From Eledone cirrhosa (Eukaryota), in assembly GCA_964016885.1 (NCBI GenBank), contig OZ024743.1:342488001-342552000 (forward strand): a stretch of 64,000 bases of DNA. The letters run 5' to 3'. Of the stretch, positions 13,259 through 26,928 are shown piece by piece; within the stretch, counting starts at the first letter, position 1, and the number at the start of each line of letters is the position of its first letter. The translations under genes and the position numbers were made by a program. The notes under the pieces were generated by a model. The model ran no database searches. It had not been told where the DNA came from and was given only the letters and a program-made list of their open reading frames with translations.

Positions 13259-16200
13259 ATAGGGTAATCGCACAAATTAAGTGAAAACTAGTAATAAACT
13301 TATGGGGTAACACTAACGAAGCAATAGAATGGTTCAGTAAAATAAGAAACAGAGAAACATACAACTTCATACAATTCAACATAAATGACTACTAAGCTTC
13401 CAATTCCCCAGTCACCCTAGATAAAGCGTTAACCTTTGCCCAAAATAACTCCGACCTTACCTCAGACGAAATTAAAATAATACTAGCTGCTAGAAGGACT
13501 ATCATAAAATTAGAAAATAACTACTGGGAAAGAAAAAAATAGGAAGAATAGCTTCGATTTCACAATGGGATCGAACGACTCAGCGCAAATAACGGACGTT
13601 GTGGGGATATTTATAGCACAGAACTTACATAATGTATTCAATGACCTCCAAGGAGGAATTTATAGAGATGATACGCTCCTTATAGCTAAAAACTTAAATA
13701 ATCAGAACATGGAAATATTACGAAAAAATATTAGAATATTCTTCAAAGAACTAGGCCTAGATATCACTTTCGAACTTAATTTAAAAAAAGCAAATTTTCT
13801 TAGATGTAGCTCTAAACCTAAACTCAGGTTTAATAGAACCTTTCCATAAAAACAATGAAAATTTAACCTACATTAGTTACAACTCAAACCACCCCCGATC
13901 CATAATTAACTCCAAAGCACATAGTATATCCCTCAGAATATCCCACCTATCCTCAAAACTGGACATTTTTAATGAACATGCTAATTATTATAACGCAGCA
14001 TTACATAAGGCTGGACACAAGGAAAAGCTGCAGTTCATAACTGATAGGGATAACATCAACAAACCCGATAACTACAATACTACCCGCCCATACAAAAGTA
14101 AAAAACATAGGACTAAGCATAGAACTAGACAACTAGCACCAATAGTAGGAGAACAGAGCACTAATAATAGAAACCCCCAAAACTATAGATCAATAGAGAA
14201 AGAAACTACCTATGGTTCAATCCGATTTTCAACTCCTCTATAAGACGTAATTACCTTCTACGTTTTTTAAACTAATAGATAAAGACTTCCCTACATTACT
14301 TGGATACCATAACATCTTCAATAGAAAAACTATAAAACTTTCATACTCTACTGCAGCCAACATAGAATCGCACATACGTAATATCAACCTCAAAAATATC
14401 TCTAAGGAAATTATCCCACCAACACGCACCATGGCACCAAATACAAAACACAAACACATAACAGCATCCCAACCACAAACGCATCTGAACACACCACAGC
14501 AAAACTTCAATAGGCCTAAATCGCAACCCACACACAACAACTTACAAAACCGCAATGAAGAAGCTGCATGGAATAATACCTCAAACTGCAATTGCCACAT
14601 ACCCATTTAGGAATAGATGCATGGATTCTAGCTTGGTGTACATGTGTACTGTAAATTCAGACAATTCCACCTGGCACTACATAGGATCCACAGCGGGGGA
14701 ATTAAAAAAATGTGGTATGTCCACAGACACTCCATGAGGAACCGTGCACTGGTGAATTCTACAACCCTCGCCAATAAAATCTGGCAGCTTAAGGACAAAA
14801 ACCTTGAATACAATATTAGCTGGTCGAAATTAGCCGCCGCAAAGGCCTATAGCAGCGGTATGTCCCATTGCGGGCTCTGCAACTTGGAATTGCTACATAT
14901 CTTAAGGTACGATAAGATGCTGCTTAACAGCAAAATAGAAAGGTCCATTTTCTGCAGACATAGGATTGCTACTAGATTTACGAAATTTAAACCACTGTGA
15001 TTCGAACCAGCATTCTCAAGATTAATAGAAAACCACTTAGACTTTAACGTATGAAATCCGAATTCTCACACAGCTACTTCAGAACCATAAACTTCTATAA
15101 ACATCTTCAAGCCTCCTTCCATCAAGATAGGGCAGCAATGTCTACTACAAACATTTATCAATTATCTTGTCAGTCCATAAATCAATCTTGTCTTTACTGT
15201 TGTTCATTCTTTCGGACCACACAATTATATCTACATATCTCATATTAGCACCCATGAACTCTTACAGATGAACTTAATTCTAAGTACATTATCCTATTAC
15301 TTTTACACTCCTTTGAAACTCTTATTTTCTCTCATTATTATTATCATTTCAATGTACTCTATCCTTGATTTTATTCGCCATGTTCTGTATCTATTTACCA
15401 TGCATCTTTTATTATTGATGTTATTGTTTTAATTATACGCTATTTCGTTATTGATGTTGCGAAAATTAAACCCTCATGATTCGAACTAGCGATCCCAAAT
15501 ATTTAGAATAAACCACCTAAATCTTAACATACTGAATCCACAATTTCACGTAATACTAGCCACCATAGAACCATAAATCTCTATACACTCCCTCCATCAA
15601 TCCCACTAAGTTAATACAAGAGGAGAAAATACCTAATACAAGCATTTATCTGTCAAACCATAAATCGATCTTTGTTTTATTGTTGTTCTTGTTTCAGACC
15701 CACAGTTCATTTGTATCTAAATCTCTCATAATTGCACTTAGAGTGGAGATCCTAAAATCAGACTCTAAGTACATTTTATTATTTATCCCTTTATCTACGT
15801 TAATTCATTCCCTTAGTACTACTACTACTTTTAATGTACCCTATGGTAGATTTCGCATGTCACTTCATACATCTGTATCATCTCTGTTTATTTTCCATGC
15901 GTGTTTTATTATTATGTTCCATCTTTTATTATTATTGATGTTATTGTTTTCATTATTCACTATCTAGATATTTTGTTACTGATGTTATTGTTTTGGTTTA
16001 ACACCACTCTTCTATAAAAGCCATGCCTTGCGTATTATTCTCATATCCACTTGCTCTGATGTATTGACTGGTTGTAAACAAAGTATTGGAAGACCATTGA
16101 CGCAGCATCAAGCGATTAGCGGACTCTAGACCCACCAGATCAACGAAACAATTGTCAGCACTGTTAATAAAGCCCTTATTGTACAGCCAACCATGTTACT

Positions 16201-16380
16201 CTTCTTTCTTTAATTATTATTATTCCAAGTATAACCTGCATAGAAATTACCGCGAACTCGCTACATCACTATGGAAGCGTCTTGTTGAGTCAAACTAAGC
16301 CACACGTTAAAACTATCCACAACACGGAGTACTCTAACTGGACTACCTCTAAGTGGATTGCCTATAACGATAACTTGTTA
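13259..16380 (+). mobile_element. Penelope-like retroelement, near-complete RT plus GIY-YIG, frameshifted, with 3' pLTR
   Basis: MGSNDSAQITDVVG and GGIYRDD (RT core) in ORF 13565-13849; CNCHIP.RNRC..LVYMC..YIGST and IWQLKD...CGLCNLE...LLNSK (GIY-YIG) 14580-15000; hammerhead-like motif 16052-16160. Confidence 0.92.
16052..16160 (+). ncRNA. Hammerhead-like motif with long stem II insertion
   Basis: TGCT-CTGATG(T)A-TTGA.CTGG...CCAG.TCAA-c-GAAA-C(AATT)G-TC-AGCA; one core deviation at position 9. Confidence 0.65.
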
Positions 16381-16408
16381 TCCCATATATATTTATATAT
16401 ATATATAT

Positions 16409-16467
<59 letters not shown>

Positions 16468-16675
16468 TGTGTGTCTGTATGTGTGCGTGTGGGGGGGGGG
16501 GGGGGGGGTTATGTGTGTCTTTTAAAATCAGCGAGTCAATAAGTAGATATCAATAAAATAGATACTTATGAGTTCGATAAAATAAGGCAAATGTTACTTT
16601 GAGATTATTCTTATTGAAGAGTTTATCTTATTTGTGTTGGGGAATGTTTTGTTATTTTAAATACTAACGAACTAC

Positions 16676-16892
16676 GGGGCGGTGAATTGGCTGTACGGTA
16701 GAGAGTCGGACAACATGCTTCGTAGCATAGGGTTAAGGCCCTTTACGTTCTGAGTTCAAATTCCACCGAGGTTAACTTTGCCTTTCATCCTTACGGGGTC
16801 GATAAAATAAAGTACCAGTAAGCACTGGGTCGATTTTATCGACTTTCCCCTCTCCTCAAATTGCTGGCCTTGTGCCTAAACCTGAAACCATT
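16676..16892 (+). mobile_element. SINE, long form
   Basis: GGGGCGGTGAATTGGC head, B box GAGTTCAAATTCC, extra GGTCGATTTTATCGACTTTCCCC segment. Confidence 0.9.
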
Positions 16893-17179
16893 ATAAATAC
16901 AAACTCTATTATACTTTACACATTTACTGATAGACCGGATAATGTCTATGTTTCTTCTTCTACTCTTTTGATAGATTGTTCTAATTAATCTAGTGTTTTA
17001 ACCAAATTTTTATGACAGCATCAATATAGGGGAAGACATTATAAATACTTATGCCATTTACAAAGTTTTTATGGTTGTAACAGTGCTAGTTTTCTTCATG
17101 TATCCCATTACTTCTTTTGTCTTTAGTTAGATCTAGCACGTACATTTATTCAATTAACGATTCTTAGGTTAGTGATAAT

Positions 17180-17398
17180 AATGGTTTCTTATATAGGCAC
17201 AAGGCCAGTAATTTGGAGGGAAGGGAAAGTCGATTAAATCGACCCAGTGCGTGACTGGTACTTTATTTTATCGACCCCATAAGGATGAAAGGCAAAGTTA
17301 ACCACGGCAGGATTTGAGCTCAGATCATAAAGAGCAGTAACTCTATGCTGCAAAGCATGGCGTCCGACCCTCTACCGATACTGCCAATCCATCGTCCT
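17180..17398 (-). mobile_element. SINE, long form
   Basis: Reverse-complement match to 16676-16892. Confidence 0.9.
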
Positions 17399-17547
17399 TG
17401 ATTAGTGATAATAATGAGCTGAAATTAAATTACTTAACCTTACCTAGTAATATTTCCTAACTTTCTATATTCTGTGATCATTTTTTGGTGAGACAACTAA
17501 TTAACTTTCCTCTCTATATAATCCTATGCATTTATAGTTCTTGTTAT

Positions 17548-17730
17548 AATAATTGCTTCTACTTTTGGAACAAGGTCAGCAATTATCCAGTACATTACTG
17601 GTACTTTATTTTATCGACCCCCGTAAGGATGAAAAGCAAAGTTAACCTCGACGGGATTTGAACTCAGACCGTAAATGGACGTAACTATGCTAGAAAGCAT
17701 AGCGTCCAACCCTCTACCGATACTGCCAAT
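17548..17730 (-). mobile_element. SINE, short form
   Basis: Reverse-complement match to 4268-4450. Confidence 0.9.
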
Positions 17731-18264
17731 GCATTATAATAATGTATAACGTATACTTCACGACTATTTCGGTGACTTTCGTGCTATCCAAGATATAAAT
17801 ACAACCGTCACAGTGCTCCCTGTCTTGGTTTTCTTTCCTCAAAGATTATTCCGATAACCTCACGTTGCCAATCATTGTCTTTTGGTCAAGTAAAAACTGA
17901 ATAATTTGATGCGTTGCATCTTTTATGGACTCGAATCCCTTAAACACGATCGTCTATTCATCTTTTTGTTACGTGAAGGAGCGTACATGGTGAGAAACTC
18001 TGAATAGTGAATAAATAAACCACACTACATGAGATTTGTATTTTGTAATGTTTCTTTATTGTGTTTTGCATGTGTGAGTATGTATGTTCTTTCTTGAACA
18101 TGGCGGACCTTGTTGTCTCTTGAGGTCACTGGTTGTGACTTGGTGATAACTCGTATGAACATAAAGTAAGATAAATGCAGCTGTAATAATAATAATAATA
18201 ATAATACTTTCCAGTTAACTAACATCAATGACTGAGACTCAAAGAAATTAATAATAATAATAAT

Positions 18265-19238
18265 AAACAACCTACACAAATACGTGACTGATAGTAAGGA
18301 GCCAATGCTCAGAATTGTACTGAAGGAGAAGACAATAGACCAGGGGATGTCCAAGGAGGAAATAACAACAAGGAGAAAGAGCAGCCTTCATGAAAAATCC
18401 CTTCATAGTACTTTCTTTGAGAAAATTCAGAGATCCACAGACATGGAACTGGTTGAAAAGAGGAGACCTTAAAAAGGCTACAGAAGGAATGTTAATGGCT
18501 GCGCAAGAGCAGGCCCTCAAAACGAAGTGGTTGAAACACCATATTTACAAGGAGGAGGCTAGCCCACTGTGCAGGATATGTGGAGAGAGAGAGGAGACTG
18601 TGGCCTACATTGTATCCGAGTGTAAACACCTAGCCCAGACTCACTATAAGGGCTGGAGACATGATGTGATGGGCAGGGTGATCCACTGGCACCTATGCAA
18701 AGTAAACAATTTACCACATTCTGAGAAGTGGTATGAGCATAAGCCAGAGTCGGTGATAGAAAACGATCAGGTGAAGGTGCTGTGGGATTTTAGGATACAG
18801 ACGGACAAGAAACTGAAACACAATAGACCTGACCTGGTGGTTTGGGACAAGGAAAAAAGATCGTGCCTGATTGTGGATGTGGCCTGCCCATTCGACACGA
18901 GAGTGCAAGAGAAGGAGAGGGAGAAAATTAACCAATACCAGGACTTAAAGTGGGAGGTAAAAAGGATTTTGAACTGCCATAAAGTCAAAGTGGTCCCGAT
19001 TGTCATAGGCGCACTAGGTACTATCTCAAAAAGTTCCCAGGGATGGTTAAAGAAAATTGGCCCCGCCACGCTTTTTGGAACGCTTCAAAAGGCATGCTTG
19101 CTGGGAACAACAAGAACCCTCCGATATGTCCTGAATATCTGAGGCTGCAGGTAGTGGCTTGATATTCATTTCAACAAACTTTCCAGTTAACTAACATCAA
19201 TGACTGAGACTCAAAGAACAATAATAATAATAATAATA
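18265..19238 (+). mobile_element. R4/Dong-clade non-LTR retrotransposon 3' portion inserted in (TAA)n
   Basis: ORF 18390-19142: EGMLMAAQEQAL, CRICGEREETVAYIVSEC (zinc knuckle), RHD, LWDF.IQTD, RPDLVV...IVDVACP, EK..QYQDL, PIVIGALG (PD-D/ExK endonuclease); 3' UTR ends in (AAT)n. Confidence 0.93.
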
Positions 19239-19249
19239 AGTCAATGATA

Positions 19250-19520
19250 ATAATAGCTTCTACTTTAAGCACAAGGTCAGTAATTTTGGGGGAAGGGAAA
19301 ATCGATTAAATCGACTCCAGTGCATTACTGGTGATTTATTTATCGACCCCATAAGAATGAAAGGCAAAGCTAACCACGGCGGGATTTGAACTCAGAACGT
19401 AAAGGGACATAACTGCATAACTCTATGCTGCAAGGTATGTTGTCCGACGCCCAATCGATACTGCCAATCCACCGCCCTAATAATTGTTTCTACTTTTGGC
19501 ACAAGGCCAGCAATTATCCA
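19250..19520 (-). mobile_element. SINE long form (19250-19478) plus an adjacent SINE 3' fragment
   Basis: Same family motifs as 17180-17398. Confidence 0.88.
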
Positions 19521-19659
19521 AGTGGTTGTTTATGTTTATTGCTGTATAGCGAGTGAGGGTTATAGATCAGACTCTTACCCTTCAGTGACTACGGAGTTTT
19601 GGGCTAAAAGCAGAGTTGGGACTTCATTTTAGCTGCACAAGACCAGCGTCTTTCAACGT

Positions 19660-20285
19660 CCAACTTTCAAGCCAATGTAATCAGAAATGGAACTGATCCA
19701 AATGTCGATTCTATGATGCGCATGTTGAGACCATCTGGTTTTAGGCTGGAAAGTATTAGCTCCACAGGGATATGAAACGGGGATATAAAATGGGATATAA
19801 AACGGGGCAAGATAGAGTGGGTAATATTTACATTGGGTGACATGCAGATTTTATGGTATAAAAACAGGGGGAAATTGTACAATTATCACCCAGATGCAGT
19901 AACAGGTGTGAATATGACAATCTTATGGGACTTCTCTGTTCACACGGATAGAACGATCAAGACCAACAGATGATATACTTGTGAAGCACCATAAAAAAAC
20001 ATGCTTTTAAATTGACATGAGCATTTTATCAAATCGTAACACCATCTCGAAAGTGTTCCGAAAGCTCGGTAAATATAAAGATCTGACAATTGAAATTGAG
20101 AAAATGTGGCATCTTAAAGCCTTTACAATACCAGTGACAGTCGGTGCATTTAGAATGATAAAAAAAAAGGAACTGAACAATATTTAGACCAGCTACCTGG
20201 AAAGCCATCTCTGCAAGAGATTGAGAAAATAGTGCTGTCTGGTACTGTCCACGTTCTGAGATGGGCAGTATCAGTTTAAATACCT
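19660..20285 (+). pseudogene. Second, older R4/Dong-like endonuclease remnant
   Basis: Remnants ILWDFSVHTDRTIKTNR, LLIDMS, KYKDLTIEIEKMWHLK, IPVTVGA. Confidence 0.8.
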
Positions 20286-20336
20286 TGCAAAATCATTTAC
20301 TGTTGTTTATGTCCTTGTGGCATTATTTGTATGACA

Positions 20337-20512
20337 GGGCGGTGGATTGGCAGTATCGGTAGAATGTCGGACGCTATGCTTTGACGCATAGAGTTACGGC
20401 CCTTGACATTCTGAGTACGAATCCCGCCGAGGTTAACTTTGCCTTTCATCCTTACGGGGTCGATATAATAAAGCACCAGAAATGTACTGGGATAATTGCT
20501 GGAAACAATTAT
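20337..20512 (+). mobile_element. SINE, short form
   Basis: Family match including head GGGCGGTGGATTGGCAGTATCGG. Confidence 0.88.
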
Positions 20513-20624
20513 TTGTATGATAACTGGTTGTAAAATGTGTGCATTATCAAATTTCTCTCGTGTGTCATGTTGACACTCGGCATGATGTGGGACAGAAGCA
20601 GAATTCAAAAAGAGTTTCAAATAA

Positions 20625-20798
20625 TAAGTGTTTCTACTTTTGGCATAAGGCCAACAATTATCCCAGTGTATTACTGGTACTTTATTTTATCGATCCCGTA
20701 AGAATGAACGGCAAAGTTAAGCTCGGCGGGATTTGAACTCAGATCATAAAGGGAGGTAACTCTATGCTTCAAAGCATGGCGTCCGACCCTCTACCAAT
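20625..20798 (-). mobile_element. SINE, short form
   Basis: Family match. Confidence 0.88.
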
Positions 20799-20982
20799 GA
20801 AATAATAATTAATAATAAATAAGACAGATGCAGTATACTAACAGGAATATTCTATACCACCACAAAAATAAGAACAATGCTTCACACACTTTAGGAAGAC
20901 GAAGGTGGACTAAGTGGTGTAGTAGAAACTCGTGTTAAACTACCAAAGAAATACTACTAAAAGACATAGACAGAAAAGTAAA

Positions 20983-21096
20983 ATAATTGTTTCTACTTTT
21001 GGTACAAGGCCAGCAATTATCCCAGTGTATTACTGGTAATTTATTTTATCGACCCCGTAAGGATGAAAGGCAAAGTTAACCTCGGCGGGATTTGAA
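20983..21096 (-). mobile_element. 5'-truncated SINE
   Basis: Family match ending at the B box; AAAAGTAAAATAAT occurs on both sides (possible target-site duplication). Confidence 0.85.
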
Positions 21097-21991
21097 AAGT
21101 AAAATAATACGTTCGTAGTATCAAAATTTATAATGATACATCGTAGCGTTTATATTTCCAATTCTATTGAAACTATTGAAAGGATTTCCCAGTTGGATAT
21201 GATTTTAGTTATGGGCAAATGTAGTGAGAATCTTCCAGTTGTACAACTCTGCATTAAATAATTTCTTGGCAGCTAACTACACGGAATAACTTTTACAAAA
21301 TACGATATTGTAACCAACTTGTGACGAAAAGAATAGAAACACAGACTATCAGGCTCACATTTTCTTCTCTGTTTCTGGGATTTGTTTTCTTACCGAAGTA
21401 AAATAGCCTCGAATTGAATTTGATCATTTATTTTAGTAAGAATCAACACAATACTACACTTGTTTTACTGTAACAACTACGATGGCGAAAATATTTCTCT
21501 CCCTCTCACTCACACTCTCTTTTCTACGGTCTATTATGGATGAATCAATCAAAGCATATAAGCACAATAACTACTGTTTCATTTACATTGCAAGCTACAT
21601 CCCACCTAGAACATTTCCTCTTTGATGAATTTGCACAGTCTGTCCGTCTGATCAATAATTAATTTGATTTAATTCAGAACCTCACACAGAATAATTTTGT
21701 CAATTATTCCTCTCCACATCGCACCCTACTTGAGTACTATTACCAAGCGCAGTGTAGTTCTTTTTCAAAGACAAGCTAGTCCTTATCTGGACGCTCTATG
21801 ATCAAATACGCTCCAGGAACAGCACTTACATCCTTTGTTGTTAGCTTTGGCTCGCATAGGTTCCACATTTGGTCTGGATGTAATACATTTCCTGCATATG
21901 AACTTAACTTTATTGAAATTTAAAATCGATCACACTCACACTCACACACACTCAAGCACACACAAACAGACACACGCACACGCACACACAC

Positions 21992-22041
<50 letters not shown>

Positions 22042-22115
22042 TATTAATCTTCATACACGGAACAAAAGAGCTACCTAAGGTTTCAAGGCCCAATATTGAC
22101 GATATCTCTAGATTG

Positions 22116-22192
<77 letters not shown>

Positions 22193-22252
22193 ATGTGTCT
22201 GAGTGTTTGTGTGTGCGTGCATGTGTGTGTGCGTGAGTGTGTGAGGGGGGGG

Positions 22253-22297
<45 letters not shown>

Positions 22298-22603
22298 TGA
22301 AACAGAAATAACAAAGCAACCGACACAGTACAGATGAGAAATATATTATTAGTTTATAGTAGGAAAACAGTCTTAAAGTCTCGGACGCTAGTCATTCATC
22401 AGAAAATAGAATGAGAAATTAAAGAAGAAATAGAAAGCTTGATGAGACGAGGAGGGCGGAAAAGGAACAAACCGTTTTGTATATAGAACTGTACGTGTGT
22501 GTCTTATTATACGTCCGTACGAAGCGGATATGTGTGTGTATATGTAAGTAAAAGAGTGTGAGGGCTTCTAAGTACGAAGCTGTGAGTAAAATTGTGTGTG
22601 TGT

Positions 22604-22636
<33 letters not shown>

Positions 22637-22838
22637 ACAAAGGAAGTGTGGTAAGGAACCAGATGAACCATAACACACCAGAGTACTCAATACTTAGGGT
22701 AGTAGAGTGGAAAATAGGAAAAAGTATGACCCCGACGGCAGAGCTCAAGCCGTTTCGGCGGCTATTTCTGGACGCTATTTGAGTCCAGAAATAGCCGTCG
22801 AAACGGCTTGAGCTCTGCCGTCGGGGTCATACTTGTTC

Positions 22839-22840
<2 letters not shown>
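22637..22840. mobile_element. Solo PLE pLTR fragment (35.5-38.3 kb family) with terminal fold-back
   Basis: Matches 35558-35695 and 34580-34715; palindrome ~22723-22833 carrying the hammerhead stem III and cleavage half. Confidence 0.8.
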
Positions 22841-22870
<30 letters not shown>

Positions 22871-22998
22871 ACAGATTAAAGTTTAAGCAAAGAATCGCTG
22901 CTTTCACCCTTAACGGGATCTTCTGAAACTCTTATAGAGCCCTCTTTGGATTTTAGTCTTCAAATTTATTATTATTATATATATATATATATATATAT

Positions 22999-24250
22999 CG
23001 TTTCTGAATTTGTTTAGCAAGATTCTTTATCTGAAATCGTGTGTTGAAACCGATATTGTTATACTTTGGGAGGGTCATGTTGCCAATAAGAAACACACGC
23101 ACCAGTTGCTTTCACTTCAATTTATTATATATTTATAAATTTATAAATTTATAAATTTCTCGTTGGTTGGTTCCACAACCAGATAGTTGTTTATATATAG
23201 TCATAGTTCTTTCGTCACACACTCTGTGACCTCTTCAGTGACTGGGGATTCCTTTCTTTGTTTCTGTGCCTCTCCTTTGTTCTGTCCTACGCCATTTTGT
23301 TTCTGTGTGTGTGTTGTGTGCTCAGTCTGCGCATGCGCCACATCCGGGTGTCTGTGTGTGTTTATGTTCATTTATTTATTTGTTTATTTACATGTTACTG
23401 GTTGGTTGTTTGTTCTATGTGTGTGTGTGTTTTCATTTTGTCCTTAATTGTAAGTTGTGATGTTGCTGTTCCACTCATATTTTCTATTTAATTTTGGTTG
23501 TAATTCTTTTATGTTTATTGCCTCTGTAATTTGTCTAAACATTGCGTCTTTTCTGTGTGTAGATTCTATTTTTATTTCTATGTTCTCTAATTTACCCTTG
23601 TGTTCTATCTCAGCATGTTGGTAGAGTACAGATGATTCTTTATTATCTTGAAGGTCTCGCCAGTGTTCATTTATCCGTTCCCCTACACTACGAGCTGTCT
23701 CACCTATGTACACTATATTTTTGTCTCTACATTGTCCTTCAGTACATCTTATGCTATACACTACATTTCTAGTTTTACAGTTAATATGGGGGCTTATTTT
23801 ACAGGTTATACATTTCTTATCTATACATGAGGGTCTTTGAAAAGGGTATGTCTTGCTAATAAGTGTTTTTACGGAGGTACCTGGTCTTTCTACTATCTTA
23901 ATATTGAGTTTATGTTTATTTAGGGCCCTTCTAAATTTGTAAGCTAATTCACCTCTAGGGGTTGTATCGATGAACATTACACTCTGGTATTTATTGCTAT
24001 CATACCATGAGTTTATTCTATTGGCCTTGTTCCTAGTTCGTTCTATTCTATTCCAAAATTTGCTCCTATAAAAGGGGCAGGTCCCATTTATGTCATTATT
24101 TACCATTTTTTCCCATTTTGTTCTGGCTCCTCTATACACTCTGATTTTATCTCTCTGATTGTAGCCAGAGAACTGCATACGGTGGATGAAGTGTTGTATG
24201 TATCTCTCTAGTTCTTCGGGGTTGCACATGCGGGACACATTTCCCATCAC
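22999..24250 (-). mobile_element. Penelope-like element 3' portion (GIY-YIG ORF 23444-24250) with pLTR
   Basis: RMQFSGY, C..C...C, NVVYSIRC...YIGETARSVGERINEH, RQITEAINI...PKLN; pLTR with hammerhead at 23199-23243. Confidence 0.93.
23199..23243 (-). ncRNA. Minimal type-I hammerhead ribozyme
   Basis: Minus strand AGTCA-CTGAAGA-gGTCACA(gagtg)TGTGAC-GAAA-GAAC-TA-TGACT. Confidence 0.85.
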
Positions 24251-24373
24251 CCGACTTTAAAATCCTTATAACTACGAAAGCACAATCTGAGCTAGTTTCC
24301 CATTTTAGTCTTCTGACAAAGGGTTTTTAGACCCTGAATATATATATATGAGGTGGTGTATACATACACACAC

Positions 24374-24484
<111 letters not shown>

Positions 24485-24707
24485 AATATTGGAGATACTG
24501 CTCCAGAATGCCTGCTTGCTTACCAATGATTTCAAAACAGACAGAAATCGTAATTGTTATGGAAAGTGTTTCAAATTGAATTAGTTCTTAACAGTCTGAA
24601 CATGAAATGAATATCAACGGAGTTTTATTCCCATGAATATCAATAAATGGATTTTACCTTACAATTATTTTCTATAGCTTATGAAATATTTGGATTGTTT
24701 TGTAATA

Positions 24708-24892
24708 GTTGTTTTATTTTGGGCACAAGGTCTGCAATTATCCCAGTGTATTACTGGTACTTTATTTTATCGAACCCGTAAGGATGAAAGGCAAAGTTAA
24801 CCTCGACGGGATTTGAACTCAGACCGTAAAGGGACGTAACTATGCTGGAAAGTATGGCGTCCTACCCTCTGCCGATACTGCCAATTCACCGT
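24708..24892 (-). mobile_element. SINE, short form
   Basis: Family match. Confidence 0.9.
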
Positions 24893-25649
24893 ATCTATTG
24901 TTTTGTATAGTGTTGTTAAATATGACGACGTATTATATTACTCGCCAGAAAAGATTTTAAATATATATTAACGATATTCCCAAGCTGAAGGTAATCCAAA
25001 TTTATTTTAAGTTGAAATATTTACATATATATATGGTAACCATCCTGATTAAAAAAGTTAAAATTTTAAAACAACACCAGCTCCTCCAATGTACCCTAAA
25101 AAATCTTACGAAATTCTTTAAACAATCCCTTGATATTTACTTACTTGCAAATAAAACACAGATTATATTTGAACTTGGCGCCACTACATAGTCTAAACTC
25201 ATAACAAATAACTTTACTTAAACGCACAATAAACTAGTCCCATCGCTTGTAATACCTTTATGAAGGCATTAGTTTCCCCACATAAATATACAAAACATTC
25301 ATCGAACGCTTGGCATTTCATCAACTTTATAACAATCTTCAGGGTCACAATTCAAGTTTGGCTTGAAGCCCCTAATGCAAATTATCAACAATTTTAAAAG
25401 TAAATTGAAAACAGTAAGCAGATAAACACTAATTTAAGAGTGCCACGAGGTTTCAACAATTGAATTGCAATGTCAACGTTATTAAATGGTTATATAGCAT
25501 GAAATATACACTATTCTATAGATTCGCTCAATTTGATAACGTTGTCGCATAACTGTATGTCTGTAATCCATTTTCGTCAGAGAATTTACTACAATTAGTG
25601 ATCTAAATACCAGAGTAGAAAGGTTGTTATACAACAGTAATACCTACTG

Positions 25650-26515
25650 GATCAATATGGAGGATGATCTTTATTTCGTAGTCATCCTGGGGTTGGGGTG
25701 GAGTCTTTAATTGGGCTGAATTTACTGGATTTTTGAGGGTTTTCATTTTTTGTATTGACGATCATTACACTCTCGTATTCATTGCTGTCATATCACGAGT
25801 TGACTTTATTAGTCTTCTTCTTAATTCTTTCTATCTTATTCCAAAATTTGCTCCTATATACGGGGCATGTCCCATTCGCATGTTTTTTTACAATATTTGC
25901 CCATTTGGCCCTGGCTCCTTTATACACCTTGATTCTGTCTCTTTCATTGTAACCAAGATGAGAAGAACGCATAAGTACTCAACCATGCCAAAATGGAACA
26001 TGGGGGCACATTAGAGAACATAGAAATAAAGATCATATCCACACACAGAAAAAACGCAATGCTCCGACAGATTACAGAAGCGACAAACATAAACGAACTC
26101 TAAACAAAACTAAACAGAAGAAAACACGAGTGGAATAGCAACAACATCACAACTAGTAATTAAAGACAAGATAAAGAATACAGAGACACATAAAAACCAA
26201 ACTAATGAAACACACCAGACACACAGATTACATGCACAACCAAATGACACAGCACAAAGCACACAAAAACAAGATGGTGTAGAACAAGGGGTGACACAAA
26301 ATAATGAATTAGTCACTGAGTAATTCACAGAATGTGTGACGAAAGAATTTTGACAGTTTATTAAACCAATCAAGTGGAAATGTGTAATAAATTGAAGTGA
26401 AAACTTTAAAGTACGTGTGTTTTTATTGGCAGCATGACCCTCCCAAATTATAACAATATCTGTTTCAACACACGTTTTTAGATAAAGTATATTACAAAAG
26501 AAATACAAAAACGAA
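25650..26515. mobile_element. Older rearranged copy of the 23-24 kb PLE family (minus part ~25650-25970, plus part ~25985-26515)
   Basis: TTCCAAAATTTGCTCCTATA shared with ~24050-24070; plus-strand part matches ORF end and pLTR; decayed hammerhead AGTCACTGAGTA...GTGACGAAAG at ~26310-26356. Confidence 0.8.
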
Positions 26516-26538
26516 ATATATATATATATATGTATAGA

Positions 26539-26577
<39 letters not shown>

Positions 26578-26856
26578 AGTGATCGTAGAGATTAGATGAA
26601 ATGATCTTTTAATTTCGCATAACGTTATATATATATTCTCGAATATGGTAATATCAAATAAAAAAAATGCGATCATATATAATTAATGCTTTCGTCATAG
26701 CTGACACACTGTTAACTCGCTTATACTGTAAAATACTTTGGGTGGTGCTGCACAATTAGAATACGAGATAATTTAATCACAAATGGCTAGCATCCATCAC
26801 ATTTCATAGGAATACTTATATTATATATACGCATATAAGAGTATTCGTATATATGA

Positions 26857-26928
<72 letters not shown>

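Noticed and set aside
22360-22410. Additional hammerhead candidates here and at ~22890-22930, ~24285-24340, ~28532-28575, ~44615-44690
   Set aside because: Two or more core mismatches or no convincing stem I; may be decayed relics but not supportable
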